Counted from the first letter of the stretch, positions 25,766 to 38,195 are shown. The stretch is 64,000 nt of DNA from Nemertoderma westbladi (GCA_032718475.1 JAUCBJ010006848.1:8143-72142), one strand, 5' to 3'. The notes: generated by a model not told the origin, from the letters alone. Translations and numbers: made by a program.

Positions 25766-28700
25766 GAGCATCCAGATAAAGCGGCTAGATGCGACGCGCT
25801 TTACAAGGAGCGTGCGCCGCGCGAGATCCGTACCTTTTATACCGACTGTATGGATCAGTCAGGATCATCGGACGAGGACGAGGAGGAAGACGACACTTTC
25901 TACGTGCATGCAGGTGAGGAACAGCCATCGATAACGCTCCTCACACAGAACCAACTGAAAGGATTTAGTGTGATTCCTATAAAGATTACCGGAACCCAAG
26001 GGAGCAAGCGTATATACGCCATCTTAGACTCTGCGTCATCGCATAGCTATGTCGATGAGCAAGTAGCCGATGTAGTTACGGACATGAGTCAAGGTAAGAC
26101 TGCTCAGTATACTGTAAGCAGCATGCATGGTAAGAGAGCGATCCCTGTGACGAGAGTAAAACTAACTTTAGACACTCTTCTTTCCAAAGCGGAACACAGC
26201 AAGGAGGAGCGCTCATTACTTCCGGTAAGAAATTTGACCTTTGCAGCTATGAAGGACTTTAGTAACTTGCTCGGCCCTGTGCCAGAGCAATCACCGGAAG
26301 ATCGTAAGTATTTCCGACACCTTGGAATACCGGAATGTCCTGTTAATTATCGTTCCATTGCGATGTTAATTGGGACAGACCAGTTTAACTTACATCAGGT
26401 ATGGGAGACACGCCCATCTGTTATTACAGCGGGCAACCCCTACGCATGTAGAACTCCCATAGGTTGGTATACTAGAGCACCAATACGTTCACTAGAGGTA
26501 AGTGACCAGGAGGACGACGTTTTGAGTACGTGTAGTTTATTGACTAACACGATAGATAATTCTCCTTCACACTCCCGTGGTCCAATTGTACGGACGGCAC
26601 TACGACAGACTCGCGTCACTAACGCAGGCGCCACCGATACTGACGTAACCGATCTGGACACGACCATATGGACCTCTGACTTACAACTACTTGCAGTAGA
26701 CCAGGTTGTATTGACTACTGAAGACCAAAGGGTTGTTGCCGTGGATGACTCGATGAACGAGGATTTTGGAAGGCTTGCGAGCCTACCGAAAAATCCGAAG
26801 GTCATTGACCCCACCCACCAGGCTTCGACACCGGTCGTTGATCTTGGAAGGCTTGCGAGCCTACCGACAGATCAAAAGGTTGTCAAACCGCCGCACGACA
26901 ATTCGACGCCGACTAGTGACACCGGAAGGCTTGCGAGCCTACCAGACACATTGACACTAGCCACCGCAGCGGACGAAGACGTGGACGAGGACCATGGCGC
27001 AGTGCAAGCAGCGGTTGACCGACTGCTGCCTGAACGGACCATACAATGGTTGGAACAGGACTCAGCAGAACCCGGTAGTTACGAGACCGCTATGTCAGAA
27101 CAGGAAAAACGGTCATTAAATATTATGAGAGATACCATTCACCAGACCGCGAATGGCCACTATGAGGTTGGTATGTTGTGGCGCAATGGACAACCTAAGC
27201 TCGTTAACAATTACCCGCTTGCTTTGAGGCGACTCAAATCAATAAGGCAGCGATTGTTGCGAGACGAGACGGCCCATATGCAATACAATGCACAACTTCA
27301 GACGTATCTCCAAAAGGGATACGCCATTAGGATGTTAAATCCCGAGGTAACCTCAGACCAGACATATTACCTGCCACATCATTTTGTTCGACACCCGGAC
27401 AAACCTGGCAAGGTGCGTGTAGTCAATGACTGCGCTGCGCTTTACCAAGGGATGTCTATGAATAGCGAACTGATGGACGGGCCGAATATGAATAATTACC
27501 TCATGGGAGTCCTAATGCGTTTTAGACAACGCAAAGTGGCTTTCACCTGTGACGTAGAGGCCATGTTTCACCAGGTTAAGGCTTTGGAGCGGGACAGGGA
27601 CAGTTTAAGGTTTCTTTGGTATCCGGACGGAAACTTACAACTTCCGCCAGAAACTTACCAAATGCAGGTAAGAGTATTCGGAGCCAGGGACAGCCCCAAC
27701 TGCACCATGTACGCCTTAAAGCAGACAGCATTGGACAGACGAGACCAATTTGACCCAGAAGTAGTTCGGACCGTGGAACGAGACTTCTACGTGGATGACA
27801 GCCTCAAGAGTTGTGACACCTTGGAGGGCGCTACAACCGTAGCACACCAACTCCAGGATTGTCTCGCTGAGGGCGGATTTCACCTGACGAAGTTCGCTTC
27901 CAACGAACCCGAACTGGTGAACTCATTTGACCCGATGGATCGCAGTGGAGGTGACTTGGACTTAGACCTAGAACCTCTGCAGACGACCAAAGTATTAGGA
28001 CTTAGTTGGGACCCTAACACCGACAATTTTAGGGTACGTGTAAGGTCCAACGACCAGACTAGACCTCTCACTAAGAGGACTTGCTTATCGACCATGAGTC
28101 GATTGTATGACCCATTGTGTTTCATTAGTCCAGTGATCCTACATGCTAGGATCATACTCCGCAGCATTTGTCAAGCCAGACTGGAATGGGACGATCCCAT
28201 CCCAGAAAAGTTAGCTGAGCGATGGAGGGACTGGGAAGCCCAACTGACGTTCCTACAAGACTATACCATACCGAGGGTATACTTTCCTTTGCAAACCACC
28301 TTTCCTGCCGATTTAGAGCTTCACAGCTTTAGTGACGCTAGCAAGAATGGATTGGGGGTTACTTTATACCTTAGACGACAAGTGACATTGGACAGCTACG
28401 ATGTATCTCTCGTTACTTCAAGGGCTAGAACGATGCCATTGAAGTATATGACTGTACCTCGTGGGGAGCTGCAAGCCGGGACGATATCCACCGATATTGT
28501 CAGTCTAGTTCAACGTGAGCTGGAGGCTAACTTAAAGGTCACATATTGGACGGATGCGACGTTGGTACTTTGGTACATAAACAACGAAGCATTTGAGTTC
28601 AAGACTTTCGTAGCCAACAGACGGGCTGAAATATTAGACCGGTCGCTCAAACAAGATTGGCATCACTGTCCAGGGAAGCTGAACCCAGCTGACATCGCGT

Positions 28701-29299
28701 CACGGGGGATGCAACCGCTTGACTTTTGTAAACCGGACAATAAATCCCTTTGGTTTAGAGGACCCGATTTCCTACAGCGACCATCAGACGAATGGCCACC
28801 GTTATTCGACGCGACAACCAACACCATACCAGAGGGTGCCGAGATAAAACTCGACAAGGTTGTCAAGTCTAAAGCGAAAGCCAACGCCAAGGTCAAGAGG
28901 AAAAAAGGACGGACGAAATCTGATGACCTGGACGCCAGACCTGACATTACGCCAGACGTCTCACCAGACATTCGACCAGACGCTTGTACGAATCCTTCGC
29001 CGGATGTTCCGCGGGAGATTTCACCAGACGTTTCGCCGGATTGTTCACCAGATTACTCGCCAGACTATTCACCAGAAGAGACACCAGATTGTTCTCCGGA
29101 TTGTTCGCCAGATTGTTTGATGGAACTCTCGACAGAATGTCTACCGGACGTCTCACCAGACTTTCCACCAGACATCTCGACAGACTGTCCACCAGACTTT
29201 AGACCAGACTTTGAACCCGACTTTCTGACGGAAGTTACGCTAGACAGACTTTGGGACCGACGACAAGACATTTCGCGAAACGCGGAAGGGTACAGGTAA
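25766..29299 (+). CDS. pol: BEL/Pao Pol: protease, RT, RNase H (in frame with gag after a single TGA)
   Basis: AILDSAS protease; YYLPHH, DVEAMFHQV, FYVDD RT; FSDAS, WTD, NPAD RNase H; ends in a PDxS low-complexity tract. Confidence 0.92.
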   Translation, partial: EHPDKAARCDALYKERAPREIRTFYTDCMDQSGSSDEDEEEDDTFYVHAGEEQPSITLLTQNQLKGFSVIPIKITGTQGSKRIYAILDSASSHSYVDEQVADVVTDMSQGKTAQYTVSSMHGKRAIPVTRVKLTLDTLLSKAEHSKEERSLLPVRNLTFAAMKDFSNLLGPVPEQSPEDRKYFRHLGIPECPVNYRSIAMLIGTDQFNLHQVWETRPSVITAGNPYACRTPIGWYTRAPIRSLEVSDQEDDVLSTCSLLTNTIDNSPSHSRGPIVRTALRQTRVTNAGATDTDVTDLDTTIWTSDLQLLAVDQVVLTTEDQRVVAVDDSMNEDFGRLASLPKNPKVIDPTHQASTPVVDLGRLASLPTDQKVVKPPHDNSTPTSDTGRLASLPDTLTLATAADEDVDEDHGAVQAAVDRLLPERTIQWLEQDSAEPGSYETAMSEQEKRSLNIMRDTIHQTANGHYEVGMLWRNGQPKLVNNYPLALRRLKSIRQRLLRDETAHMQYNAQLQTYLQKGYAIRMLNPEVTSDQTYYLPHHFVRHPDKPGKVRVVNDCAALYQGMSMNSELMDGPNMNNYLMGVLMRFRQRKVAFTCDVEAMFHQVKALERDRDSLRFLWYPDGNLQLPPETYQMQVRVFGARDSPNCTMYALKQTALDRRDQFDPEVVRTVERDFYVDDSLKSCDTLEGATTVAHQLQDCLAEGGFHLTKFASNEPELVNSFDPMDRSGGDLDLDLEPLQTTKVLGLSWDPNTDNFRVRVRSNDQTRPLTKRTCLSTMSRLYDPLCFISPVILHARIILRSICQARLEWDDPIPEKLAERWRDWEAQLTFLQDYTIPRVYFPLQTTFPADLELHSFSDASKNGLGVTLYLRRQVTLDSYDVSLVTSRARTMPLKYMTVPRGELQAGTISTDIVSLVQRELEANLKVTYWTDATLVLWYINNEAFEFKTFVANRRAEILDRSLKQDWHHCPGKLNPADIASRGMQPLDFCKPDNKSLWFRGPDFLQRPSDEWPPLFDATTNTIPEGAEIKLDKVVKSKAKANAKVKRKKGRTKSDDLDARPDITPDVSPDIRPDACTNPSPDVPREISPDVSPDCSPDYSPDYSPEETPDCSPDCSPDCLMELSTECLPDVSPDFPPDISTDCPPDFRPDFEPDFLTEVTLDRLWDRRQDISRNAEGYR

Positions 29300-30174
29300 A
29301 ACGTTGGGGATTGATCTTCACTTGCATGGCCAGCAGAGCTGTCCATATAGAGCGAGTGACAGACTTGACCACCAATGCCTTTATCCTAGCCTTACGGCGA
29401 TTTATCGCTAGACGTGGATTGGTCAAATCCATATACTGCGACCAAGGGACAAACTTTGTGGGTGCACGGAACGAAATAACCAGAGCTTTGAGAAAGTTGG
29501 ACCAAAACCAGATTTCCGAGGAACTACGTCCTCACCGTATTGTTTGGTATTTCAATACTCCAGACAGTCCATGGAGAGGCGGCATTTGGGAAAGGCTGAT
29601 TGGCTCAATAAAGACAGCTATGGCTAAAGTAGTACCGACGCAACACATCTTGACAGACGACCAACTGACGACGTTACTAATAGAAATCGAAGCAATCTTA
29701 AATACTAGACCGATCGCTTTGATCCCAGACAATAACGACGTACAGTTTGCCTTGACACCAGCGCACCTGCTTATGCAGGCACCGACGACATTGTTGCCCA
29801 TTTCGGTACCCGTTGATAGTGACGGATACGGCAACAAGGCTTGGAAAATCACTCAATTGCTTGCAAATAAATTCTGGGAAATATGGCAGAAATATTATTT
29901 GCCCTCTATTTCAACCAGAACCTCTTGGTATCTAAATACCCGATGTTTAAGACGTGGTGACCATGTTTTATTGGCTGAAGCTAATCTGAAAAGACGGTTT
30001 TGGCTGACTGGAGTCATTTTGACCACGCACCCTACATCTGGTGTAGTGAGGACAGTTACTGTAAGGACTATCGACGGACGTACCGTAGATAGGCCTGTAC
30101 AACGTCTCGTACTCCTTGAGGAGACTAGAAACGAGACGGGAGACTACAAATCTCCACCCAATATTAGTAAATAG
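29251..30174 (+). pseudogene. BEL integrase core and C-terminus lacking the HHCC zinc domain, out of frame with pol
   Basis: KRWGLIFTC, CDQGTNFVG, GGIWERLI, NTRP, LTPAHLL, RPVQRLVLLE motifs; no upstream HHCC region visible. Confidence 0.88.
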
Positions 30175-30850
30175 ATGTGGGACCTTAATTGGCCGCCACA
30201 TAGACCTACTGTATTTTAGTTATTTGTATTTGTATTACTGTACGTGCATTTGTAATCCTCTTCACTGTAGATAGAGACAGCGGTGGAATTCCATTGTCTT
30301 TATACGTGAACATGGAGGGTAGTACCCTTATGTATCACATAGGAGCGGGATTGTGTGTACAGTAGGAATGGAATTCCACTTGGAACCCACAAGTGAGACA
30401 TTTTTCAATATTTATTAGACAAATCCATTTATTTGGATTTAAATTTAAGAAAAACAATTCTCCAGTGAAAGCAAATTCTAGAATACAGCTAGATAAAAAT
30501 TAAAATTGGGGAGGACAAGAGCGGATGGAAGGCTTGCGAGCCTACCGATAAATTTTTTTTGGAAAAAGAAAATCGGCCTTGTTCTACGTAGTCGTGTCTA
30601 CTATTATTTAGACCGAATTAATTCTCGACTGCATTATTTTCTTTTGGGAAGTAGTTGGGAAATTAAAAGGTGAGTATTTTAGACTCACGGCTAGTTTACC
30701 CGGAATTCGTTTTTTATCGGCACATTTTTTGGATTAGGAGCCAGTGCGAAATCACGTGAACCCGAAGTCATTAGGCAAATGGGTAGGGGTTTAGAGCAAA
30801 GTTGAGCCAAAAGCCGACAAAATAAGTCTCCTCACATCTAACCTCTGTTT

Positions 30851-31495
30851 GTGCTTCCTCTAGTAGAAACACTATTATCAGGGATCCACGCAGGAATAGG
30901 AGCACCAGGCGCCGTTCAACTGATATGGGGCCAAAACTTTAACCTGTTTGGAGTGGAGAGTATGGCTAGGAGTACAGCCAAGCTCGCTAAGTCCAAGGCG
31001 GATCCAAACATCACGCGACAGCGATTGGACGCTCATAACAAAAGAGCGGATGAGTTACGCGCGGAGTTCAAAGCGTTGTACCCCTACGATGTGTTATGCG
31101 ACGCCAGCGACGTTTGCGAGAACCCCGAGCCGATATTAGCGCGTTGCCCAAACCACCAAAGTCTGCGTTACCAAGAAGGCGGTCGTTTCATTTCCTGGTA
31201 TTCTAGAACTGCAGGCAACTCGACGTAGGAACCACCGACAGCTCGACACCGAAGTCCGAGTCCAGTTCGATCCCACCACCCAGTCGTAATAGAGGACGTG
31301 GACGAGCCGTTCGACCAAGGATTAGGAAAGATTCGATTTCGATTTATATTTGAGCGATTATATTTGGACTTATTTGAGTATTTATATTGGAGTTGGGTTT
31401 GGAGGAGCGAGATATGGAAAGGAAGGCTTGCGAGCCTACTGTTAGCAATTAGTGCTCAGGAGAAGATATCCAGACCAGCAGGACGAACTATTTAG
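30851..31495 (+). other. Possible accessory ORF3 of the BEL element with one in-frame TAG (31226-31228)
   Basis: ORFs 30851-31228 and 31298-31495 share a frame with only one stop between them; preceded by branch point CTAAC (30838), a pyrimidine tract and TAG (30861-30863). Confidence 0.4.
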
Positions 31496-31971
31496 ATCGT
31501 CAGGAGGACACGTTAAGACTTATTTGGAAGTTATTAGCGTATTGTGTTTATTTTATATTTGAACTGATTTAATTTGGTGGAAGTTATTAGCGCATTATGT
31601 TCATTTTATATTTGGACTGATTTAATTTGGTGAATTTATTATGTATGTTTACAATATATAAAGATTTATCGAAAAAGAGTTACAATTATTTGTTCGATTT
31701 GTTTTGATTTATTTGTTCTGATTTGTTTAATTTGCTTACCTTGATAACCGAAAGCCTTTTTTGTATTTTAGGCACTAAAGTTAATTAGTAAATTTGTATT
31801 TGTATGTACGATCGATTGTATTTACGCCGTATCTGCAATATTAAGTATGCAATAATTAGATAGTGATTATATTTTATATTTTAGGTCCTACCAGTAGATT
31901 TAGAAGTAGTTTGTAAATATTTTATATTTCGATTGGTGAAAACAGTCTTACTTACTGTTTTCATGGAGCGG

Positions 31972-34247
31972 TGATGAATTATTTCACTATAAGATAGCAT
32001 TTGTAGTTTAACTTTAGCGTAAAAACTTTCGAAAATCCGACGCATTTTGATTAAGTTACAGTAATGTAATATGCCTATTCATATTTGTACACATAAAACC
32101 CTTAGGTACTCTCGTGGCGTAGTGGTCAGATGGTTAAGGCGTTGGTTACATTACAGATAGGTTACAAGTTCGAATCCCGGTCGGGAAATTTGTATTTTGG
32201 GGCCATTTATTTTCGTTTGGTGCTAATTGGTGGACCAATGAGAAGCGTACAACGTAGCGAATGATGAGCCAGGCCAATCATAGGGCATAAATTATCTTAT
32301 TGCTCAAATGTGAGGCAATGGAAAATTCTGTTAGGATTCCATGTCCCAGATTAGTGTAAGGGCCGGATTGCGTTGAACGATGAGCTGGGCCAATCATAGG
32401 GCACAAAACACTTTATTGCTCAAATGTGAAGCTGTGGAAAATTCTGTTTGGTTTCCATGTGCGATATTTAGTATAAAAGGCCGGTTTGCCTTCGGTTATC
32501 ACTTCTTAACCCCCTCTATTCGCTATATCTTTAGTAAATTGTTGTTAGTTTATTTGGTTTCTTGTTGAAACTTTATTTGATAAATCCTTTGTAAAACTGT
32601 AAATATACTGCAAATTCCTGAACATGTTTTCTTTTGGTCCAACTTTGGGACAGCCAAACATCGGGAAGATGACAGCCTAGACCGTTAGGCCGTAAGCAAC
32701 GCAGGGAAAAGATGTCCACAACACGCTAGCGCCCACATTGGATTGACCGCGCACCCCCTTGCCCTTCGAAATACTCCACTTGCCATGCAGCGCCCGCTTT
32801 GTGAGAAAGGTAAGACTTTGTTCGACGCCCTTGCCCGCCGTAAGACCTATAGATCAGGGTAAGCGTGACGCCGTCCTGGACGCCGCAAATTTAGGATCAA
32901 ATAATTATATTCAGACAGAAACACCCCCCCCCCCCCTTGTCAGTCCTACGAACCCCTGGGTTAACCTGTACTTCCTACAGGTGCGAACTATTGCCATTCG
33001 TCAGTACGCGAGTACATAGGTACGGACAGCATATGTTCCATAATTTAGTGATTCGTAGTATTGACTCATGGTACCGGTTCGCTTTGTAGAACGTACATTA
33101 GTACCCCCCCCCCCCCCCCCCCCTGTCTGGAGTTAGCTATTTGATCAGGCAAGGAGTATTTCTGCTACCGGCACACTGCTTGGCCTAGGGAGGTTTATTA
33201 ATATCCTACCGCGCCTTGCCACGTACTGATAGGTATTGCTGCTAACTACCGCGGCAACAAAGTTCTAGAATTAAATTAGTATACCAGATCAGCTAACGTA
33301 CGGTAGCGATTAACCCCTATTTCTTATCTTACAACCAGAATCTGGTATTAGTGCCGATCACGGGTGTAGTTACTAACACCGTGGTTGCCCATTGGGTTGT
33401 GGATAGGAAGGAGAGAGCTTTGACGTCATTTGTGAGTATAAAGTTCTACAAAACGCGACTAGTTTATTTTAGTAGCTAGCGCACGGTATCATTTCGGTCA
33501 GAAAATCACTAAAACCTAGTAAAAGGAAATACATGAAATTGTTTTATTTGTAACACACCCACACACACACGCCCTAAAACATATTGCCCTTAGAGTTCTA
33601 CTAGCTATAGCGCACTATACATTACTTTAGGTGGAAATTATCTGTATTTGTAAAATTAGGATCTGATTTAGTTGCGGCAATAAGGAGTATTTCACTTTCG
33701 TTATTAACTGTTGTTTTCTGTCCAGCAGTATTGTTACATTTAGGCCTGACCCTTTAGACTGATTTCGTACAGGGGGATCAGTTATCGTTACATTTAGGCA
33801 CGACCTTTTAGGCTGATTTAGACAGGGGTAATCAGCATTGTTACACTAGGTCTGTTAACCACCTAGTTCGTATATAAACCATATAAATCACACCGCGGCA
33901 AGTTACTATATTTAGGACTGTCAGTGATAGTTAGGATTCGCTGCGCGGGGATTGTTTTCCCGTGAGTTTGGTCTGTTACTGTAACTGTACATCTGCCTCA
34001 CCGGTTAGAGGACAGGTATCCTTTTGTCTAGTACGTAGGCATTAGACCCGCTCACGTACATAGAATATATACTAGGCTCTGTTCCTCGCCAGTAGTCGTT
34101 TGTGTATTGTATCTGTTTGTTTAGATATCCTGGACTGGGATTTGTTGTCAGATACTGTACGAGCCCGTATACATTACTAGAGTCTCATAGTAAGATACAT
34201 CGTTACTAGGATCTGGTTGGTAAGCGGTATACTACTGGACCCTTACA
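31972..34247 (+). repeat. 3' LTR (2276 bp)
   Basis: Preceded by a short purine-rich tract GGAGCGG (31965-31971); ends CCTTACA followed by TSD AATTG. Confidence 0.95.
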
Positions 34248-34976
34248 AATTGACTAAGCCTAAAGTAGGAGCTGTATTGAATGTTAACCAATTTAATATA
34301 TAAATTACTACAATATTATATAATTCAACAAAATCCTATTAAAAATATTGCAAGTAACCAGGAAATTTAATATGTAGTGTGTATAATAATTATCTATATA
34401 CTATGTATAGTAGTAATATGTATATCAATATGTAATGCTGAACACAGAATACAGGTCGACGCATGTCGATTTTACCCTGGAGAGGTATAATTTTGATTGC
34501 AACAATAATATTCATCCCCATCTGCTACAATTTGAAGAAGACTATTACATAATAATACCTATAATTAAAACAATTAATTATTATAATTCTATAGTTAATA
34601 AAAACAGTATATCATTCCGGGGATGGAATTTATAGGTCATCTAATATAATTAATTGTTTAAAGATTAGCAAACAATACGATGTAATTGCATTGATAAAAC
34701 CCATAAATAAAACTTGGATATAAAATTTAAAATCGGGATGCAAAATATCACTTTCTGAGCTACGATTGGAAAATTGGATACAACTTATCTGGATACAAGC
34801 GGTCCGTTTACCTTACAAAATGAAAAATACGAATGTGCGAAGTTAAGAACAGTCGGGGGGGAAGTGTCCGCGGGGGGGAAGTGTCTGGGGGGGAAGTGTC
34901 CGGGGGGGAAGTGTCCTACTTGAGCGGGGGGGAACTGTCCGGGGGGGAAGTGTCCGGGGGGAAGTGTCCGAACACC

Positions 34977-35451
34977 AACATTCTTTCTCATCTCGTGCAG
35001 TCAGATTATGGAATAATCTCCCTTCTTCAGTAGTTGATTCTTGTAACCTGAACATATTTTCACGCAAGTTGCTGGCGATCGACTTTTTGGAACACTGTAA
35101 TTTTACACGACCCCCTGACAATCCATTATTTTTAGCACAACAGTGACAAATATCTTTTTTGTCATTTTTTTTATTGTTTTAGTTTTTCGTCTCGTTTTTC
35201 TTTTTATAAGTCTCAATTTTATTAGAAATTTAAAATATTATAGCAATTTGTAAAGTGTACTGTATGTGCATTACAGTATATTTTATGTTCACTTTATAGT
35301 ACCCAAACTCCCGTAAGTGCCTTGAGCCTGGGCAGTTTCCCTCCCTCGACCTTTTGTGTATTCTTTGTTCTGTATGTATGTTTCTATGTTATGTGTATTT
35401 CACATATTTTAATATCGAGTTTTTAAATAAAAAAAATAAATAAATAAATAA
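34977..35451 (+). mobile_element. CR1 LINE 3' end
   Basis: HSFSSRAVRLWNNLPSSVV continues ORF2 across the insertion; T-rich 3' UTR; (TAAA)n tail at ~35425-35451. Confidence 0.9.
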
Positions 35452-36718
35452 GTTGACAATCTGATCACCGACTAGCTCTTGCCTTATTGTTTGAGATGGC
35501 CGTAATCTGTAGGGAGGGATGACTTGTGACGGTGGTGGTGCGATTTGAGACAAACTTTTCAATATAATATATACCGGTATATATGGGTCAATGCCAACCA
35601 TATTGACCAATGTCCCGTACGTGATTTTTGAAATTTGTTGAATTTTTAAATTAACTTTGAGAATTTGCCATAGTGATGGTTAGACAGAGCGATAATTTCT
35701 GCATATGAAACCAGAAAGTCTGTTTATTGTCTGCAGTGCGACCTGATTATGGTTATCTTATATAATCACAGGACGATGAAAGATAAATATCTAATATTAT
35801 TAAAAATATGTTATTATCTTAAAAACATCCACTTATGAATTAAAATTAAATTAATATAATATTCCATAGTAAATTTGAAATCATGTAGCATAAAATGCTA
35901 CTACTACTGTAATACTTTATAGTTACTGCAATGTTATAATTATTGTTAGTATAGCAATATTGAATTAATCTTATATTATATAAGTAATTATAATATAATC
36001 TAATACCGGTGTCAGGAATTCTTAGCCCGCGAGTATTCTTAACCCGTGGGTATTCTTAGCCTGCAAAACAATAACGTTTGTTGTTTTGGTTTCCCCAATA
36101 CGCCTCTGAAATCTGATCATTTACTAACCAACTTGACTAATCCAAGCTATACATTCGCTAAGCTCATGGGTCATGTTTGAGTTCCGCTTTTCGAATTGCT
36201 GGCCGACTGGATTTATTGGGTTTATTTGATAAAATGGTTCGATTTCAACCACATAATACTTTTATTATAACCTATAATACAGTAGATAGAACAACGACTA
36301 GGCAGGAGTAGCTACCATTGTATTCCAATTATCATTTTAGATTACATGTTATGATTATATGATATAATTGCCGCCACTACTTTCCTAGTTACAGACAGTC
36401 TGCAGTTCCAGTGTGCTTTATGAAAGCCAATCATAATTATTTAATACCTTTTCTACATGCTGAGTACTTGAGTAGAGAAATGGAAACAACTTTCATATTC
36501 GCTGAATGCTGCTTCCGTTGGAGAGACGAATAGGGCAAATTCATTCAAATAGTTAAATTTTAAATTAATTATTTTTTATCATTAATATAAAACTTTAATC
36601 TGAAAATAAGTTGGAAGGGGGGCGGGGTGGGGGGGGGGGGGGGGGGGGGTGTATTGCCCCCAATGCCATCATTGTTTTAAATAATAATAATATTAATAAT
36701 TTTATAAAATATTAAAGT

Positions 36719-36964
36719 AGCGGTAAAGATTCAGCTTCTTAGATGCTTCTTACTCGTTTAGCGGTAAAGATTCAGCTTCTTAGATGCTTCTTACTCGTTT
36801 AGCGGTAAAGATTCAGCTTCTTAGATGCTTCTTACTCGTTTAGCGGTAAAGATTCTGCTTCTTAGATGCTTCTTACTCGTTTAGCGGTAAAGATTCAGCT
36901 TCTTAGATGCTTCTTACTCGTTTAGCGGTAAAGATTCAGCTTCTTAGATGCTTCTTACTCGTTT
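36719..36964. repeat. Tandem repeat, 41 bp x6
   Basis: AGCGGTAAAGATTCAGCTTCTTAGATGCTTCTTACTCGTTT; only one copy at the paralogous site, 1731-1771. Confidence 0.95.
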
Positions 36965-37669
36965 TATTGTAAACTTTGCGTTTGTTAGGCAGTAAAATAT
37001 AAGAGTAATCAGTTCGTAATTTATATCAATTATTTAGCGGACTACTGAATGACAAGTTTGCACAATTACAAAGTATCATTATACAATATTGCGCCACTCA
37101 GAGCCTTCTCCTACACAGATGTTGTAAAAATCATCAATAGAAATAAATAAAATAGAAATAGAAATATAGAAATATTGTTATGGACATAAGTTATATATAT
37201 TAACGGACATAAACGTTATACAGATAAATGCCATACTACAGTAACATAATGACTTCAGACTTGTCTTAATGTACCGGTACAGTACTAAAATCAATAGCAT
37301 GTAGTACGTACTTACTGCTTATTAATGCAGTACTTAGGACTACAGGATTATTTGTCATAATGTACATACTGACTACTTAGGATTGTCTGTCTTAATGTAC
37401 CCAGGACGCTGTGAACCAGTGGCCTAACTTTACAAGTTTTTTACCAGCTTATTATACGATGTTAATGTAACGAAGGAATTTAATGTAAATGTTATCGGAA
37501 GTTAGCAAACTCGGTCATGTTTTTCCTACGGTGTATGTTATTGTGTAATGGCTGCGTTATACGCCTGAAATACCAGCTGGCTATAGTAATAGGGCTGCGT
37601 TGCTCAGGACAAATATACAATGATCTATATTACTCTGTGTACAATCACTAACTACAACTACAGTACTAG

Positions 37670-38195
37670 GGCCTACTATAATCGATCTGCTGTATTGAAA
37701 CTGCACATAAAGATGCTATGCTGGATTAACAAAAATATTTTGCCACCACCATGAGATCCACAATAGACATCTCCCACCCCAATGTAGCGTGCTTTAAGAA
37801 TGCTATGCCGGCTTATCAACAAAGTTGCTCCGCCACAACACCCTAGCCCCCATGACTTTCGCGAGATTATCCTCATCTTCAAGGCCATTTTTCTTTATGA
37901 GGCGTCTCAAGAAAATCATGGGCTGTCCACCATGTTTAATGTCTCTATGAGGCCGCCAAAGCACAAGATTTCGCACAGGCTGGTCCTTACAGCGAACACA
38001 ATGTCCTGCAAAGCGGAGGCGGCTTCGTTCTAGTGTCAAGCTTGGAGGGACCAATGAGACACCTGCAATGTTCTATCTATAGTATCTGGTTGGATATGTG
38101 TGCGCATCGTACTCTATACAGTGAACCCGAGGTAGCATTCTCGTATTGTATTGTATAGAAATTTAATTTCTTGTGAATGTGCCATCCAGAGATTT
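37670..38195 (-). mobile_element. RTE LINE 3' fragment, paralog of 2030-2550
   Basis: SRLRFAGHCVRCKDQPVRNLVLW motif. Confidence 0.8.

Larger units (their letters stand above)
19065..34247 (+). mobile_element. BEL/Pao LTR retrotransposon, two LTRs, internally deleted
   Basis: TG...CA LTRs; 5-bp TSD AATTG (19060-19064 and 34248-34252); gag-PR-RT-RH-IN order with BEL-type motifs. Confidence 0.97.
18559..34976. mobile_element. Non-autonomous foldback DNA transposon (MULE- or hAT-like), ~1.2 kb without the nested BEL element
   Basis: GG..CC ends; inverted arrays of GGACACTTCCCCCC at 18566-18680 and 34853-34970; exact 8-bp TSD AACATTCT at 18551-18558 and 34977-34984; GGGGCTGCCGCCCCCAAACCCCCG repeats at 18855-18990. 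Confidence 0.9.

Noticed and set aside
36719-36964. 41-bp repeats resembling a CRISPR array
   Set aside because: Head-to-tail with no spacers, single copy in the paralogous unit, eukaryotic context and no cas genes.
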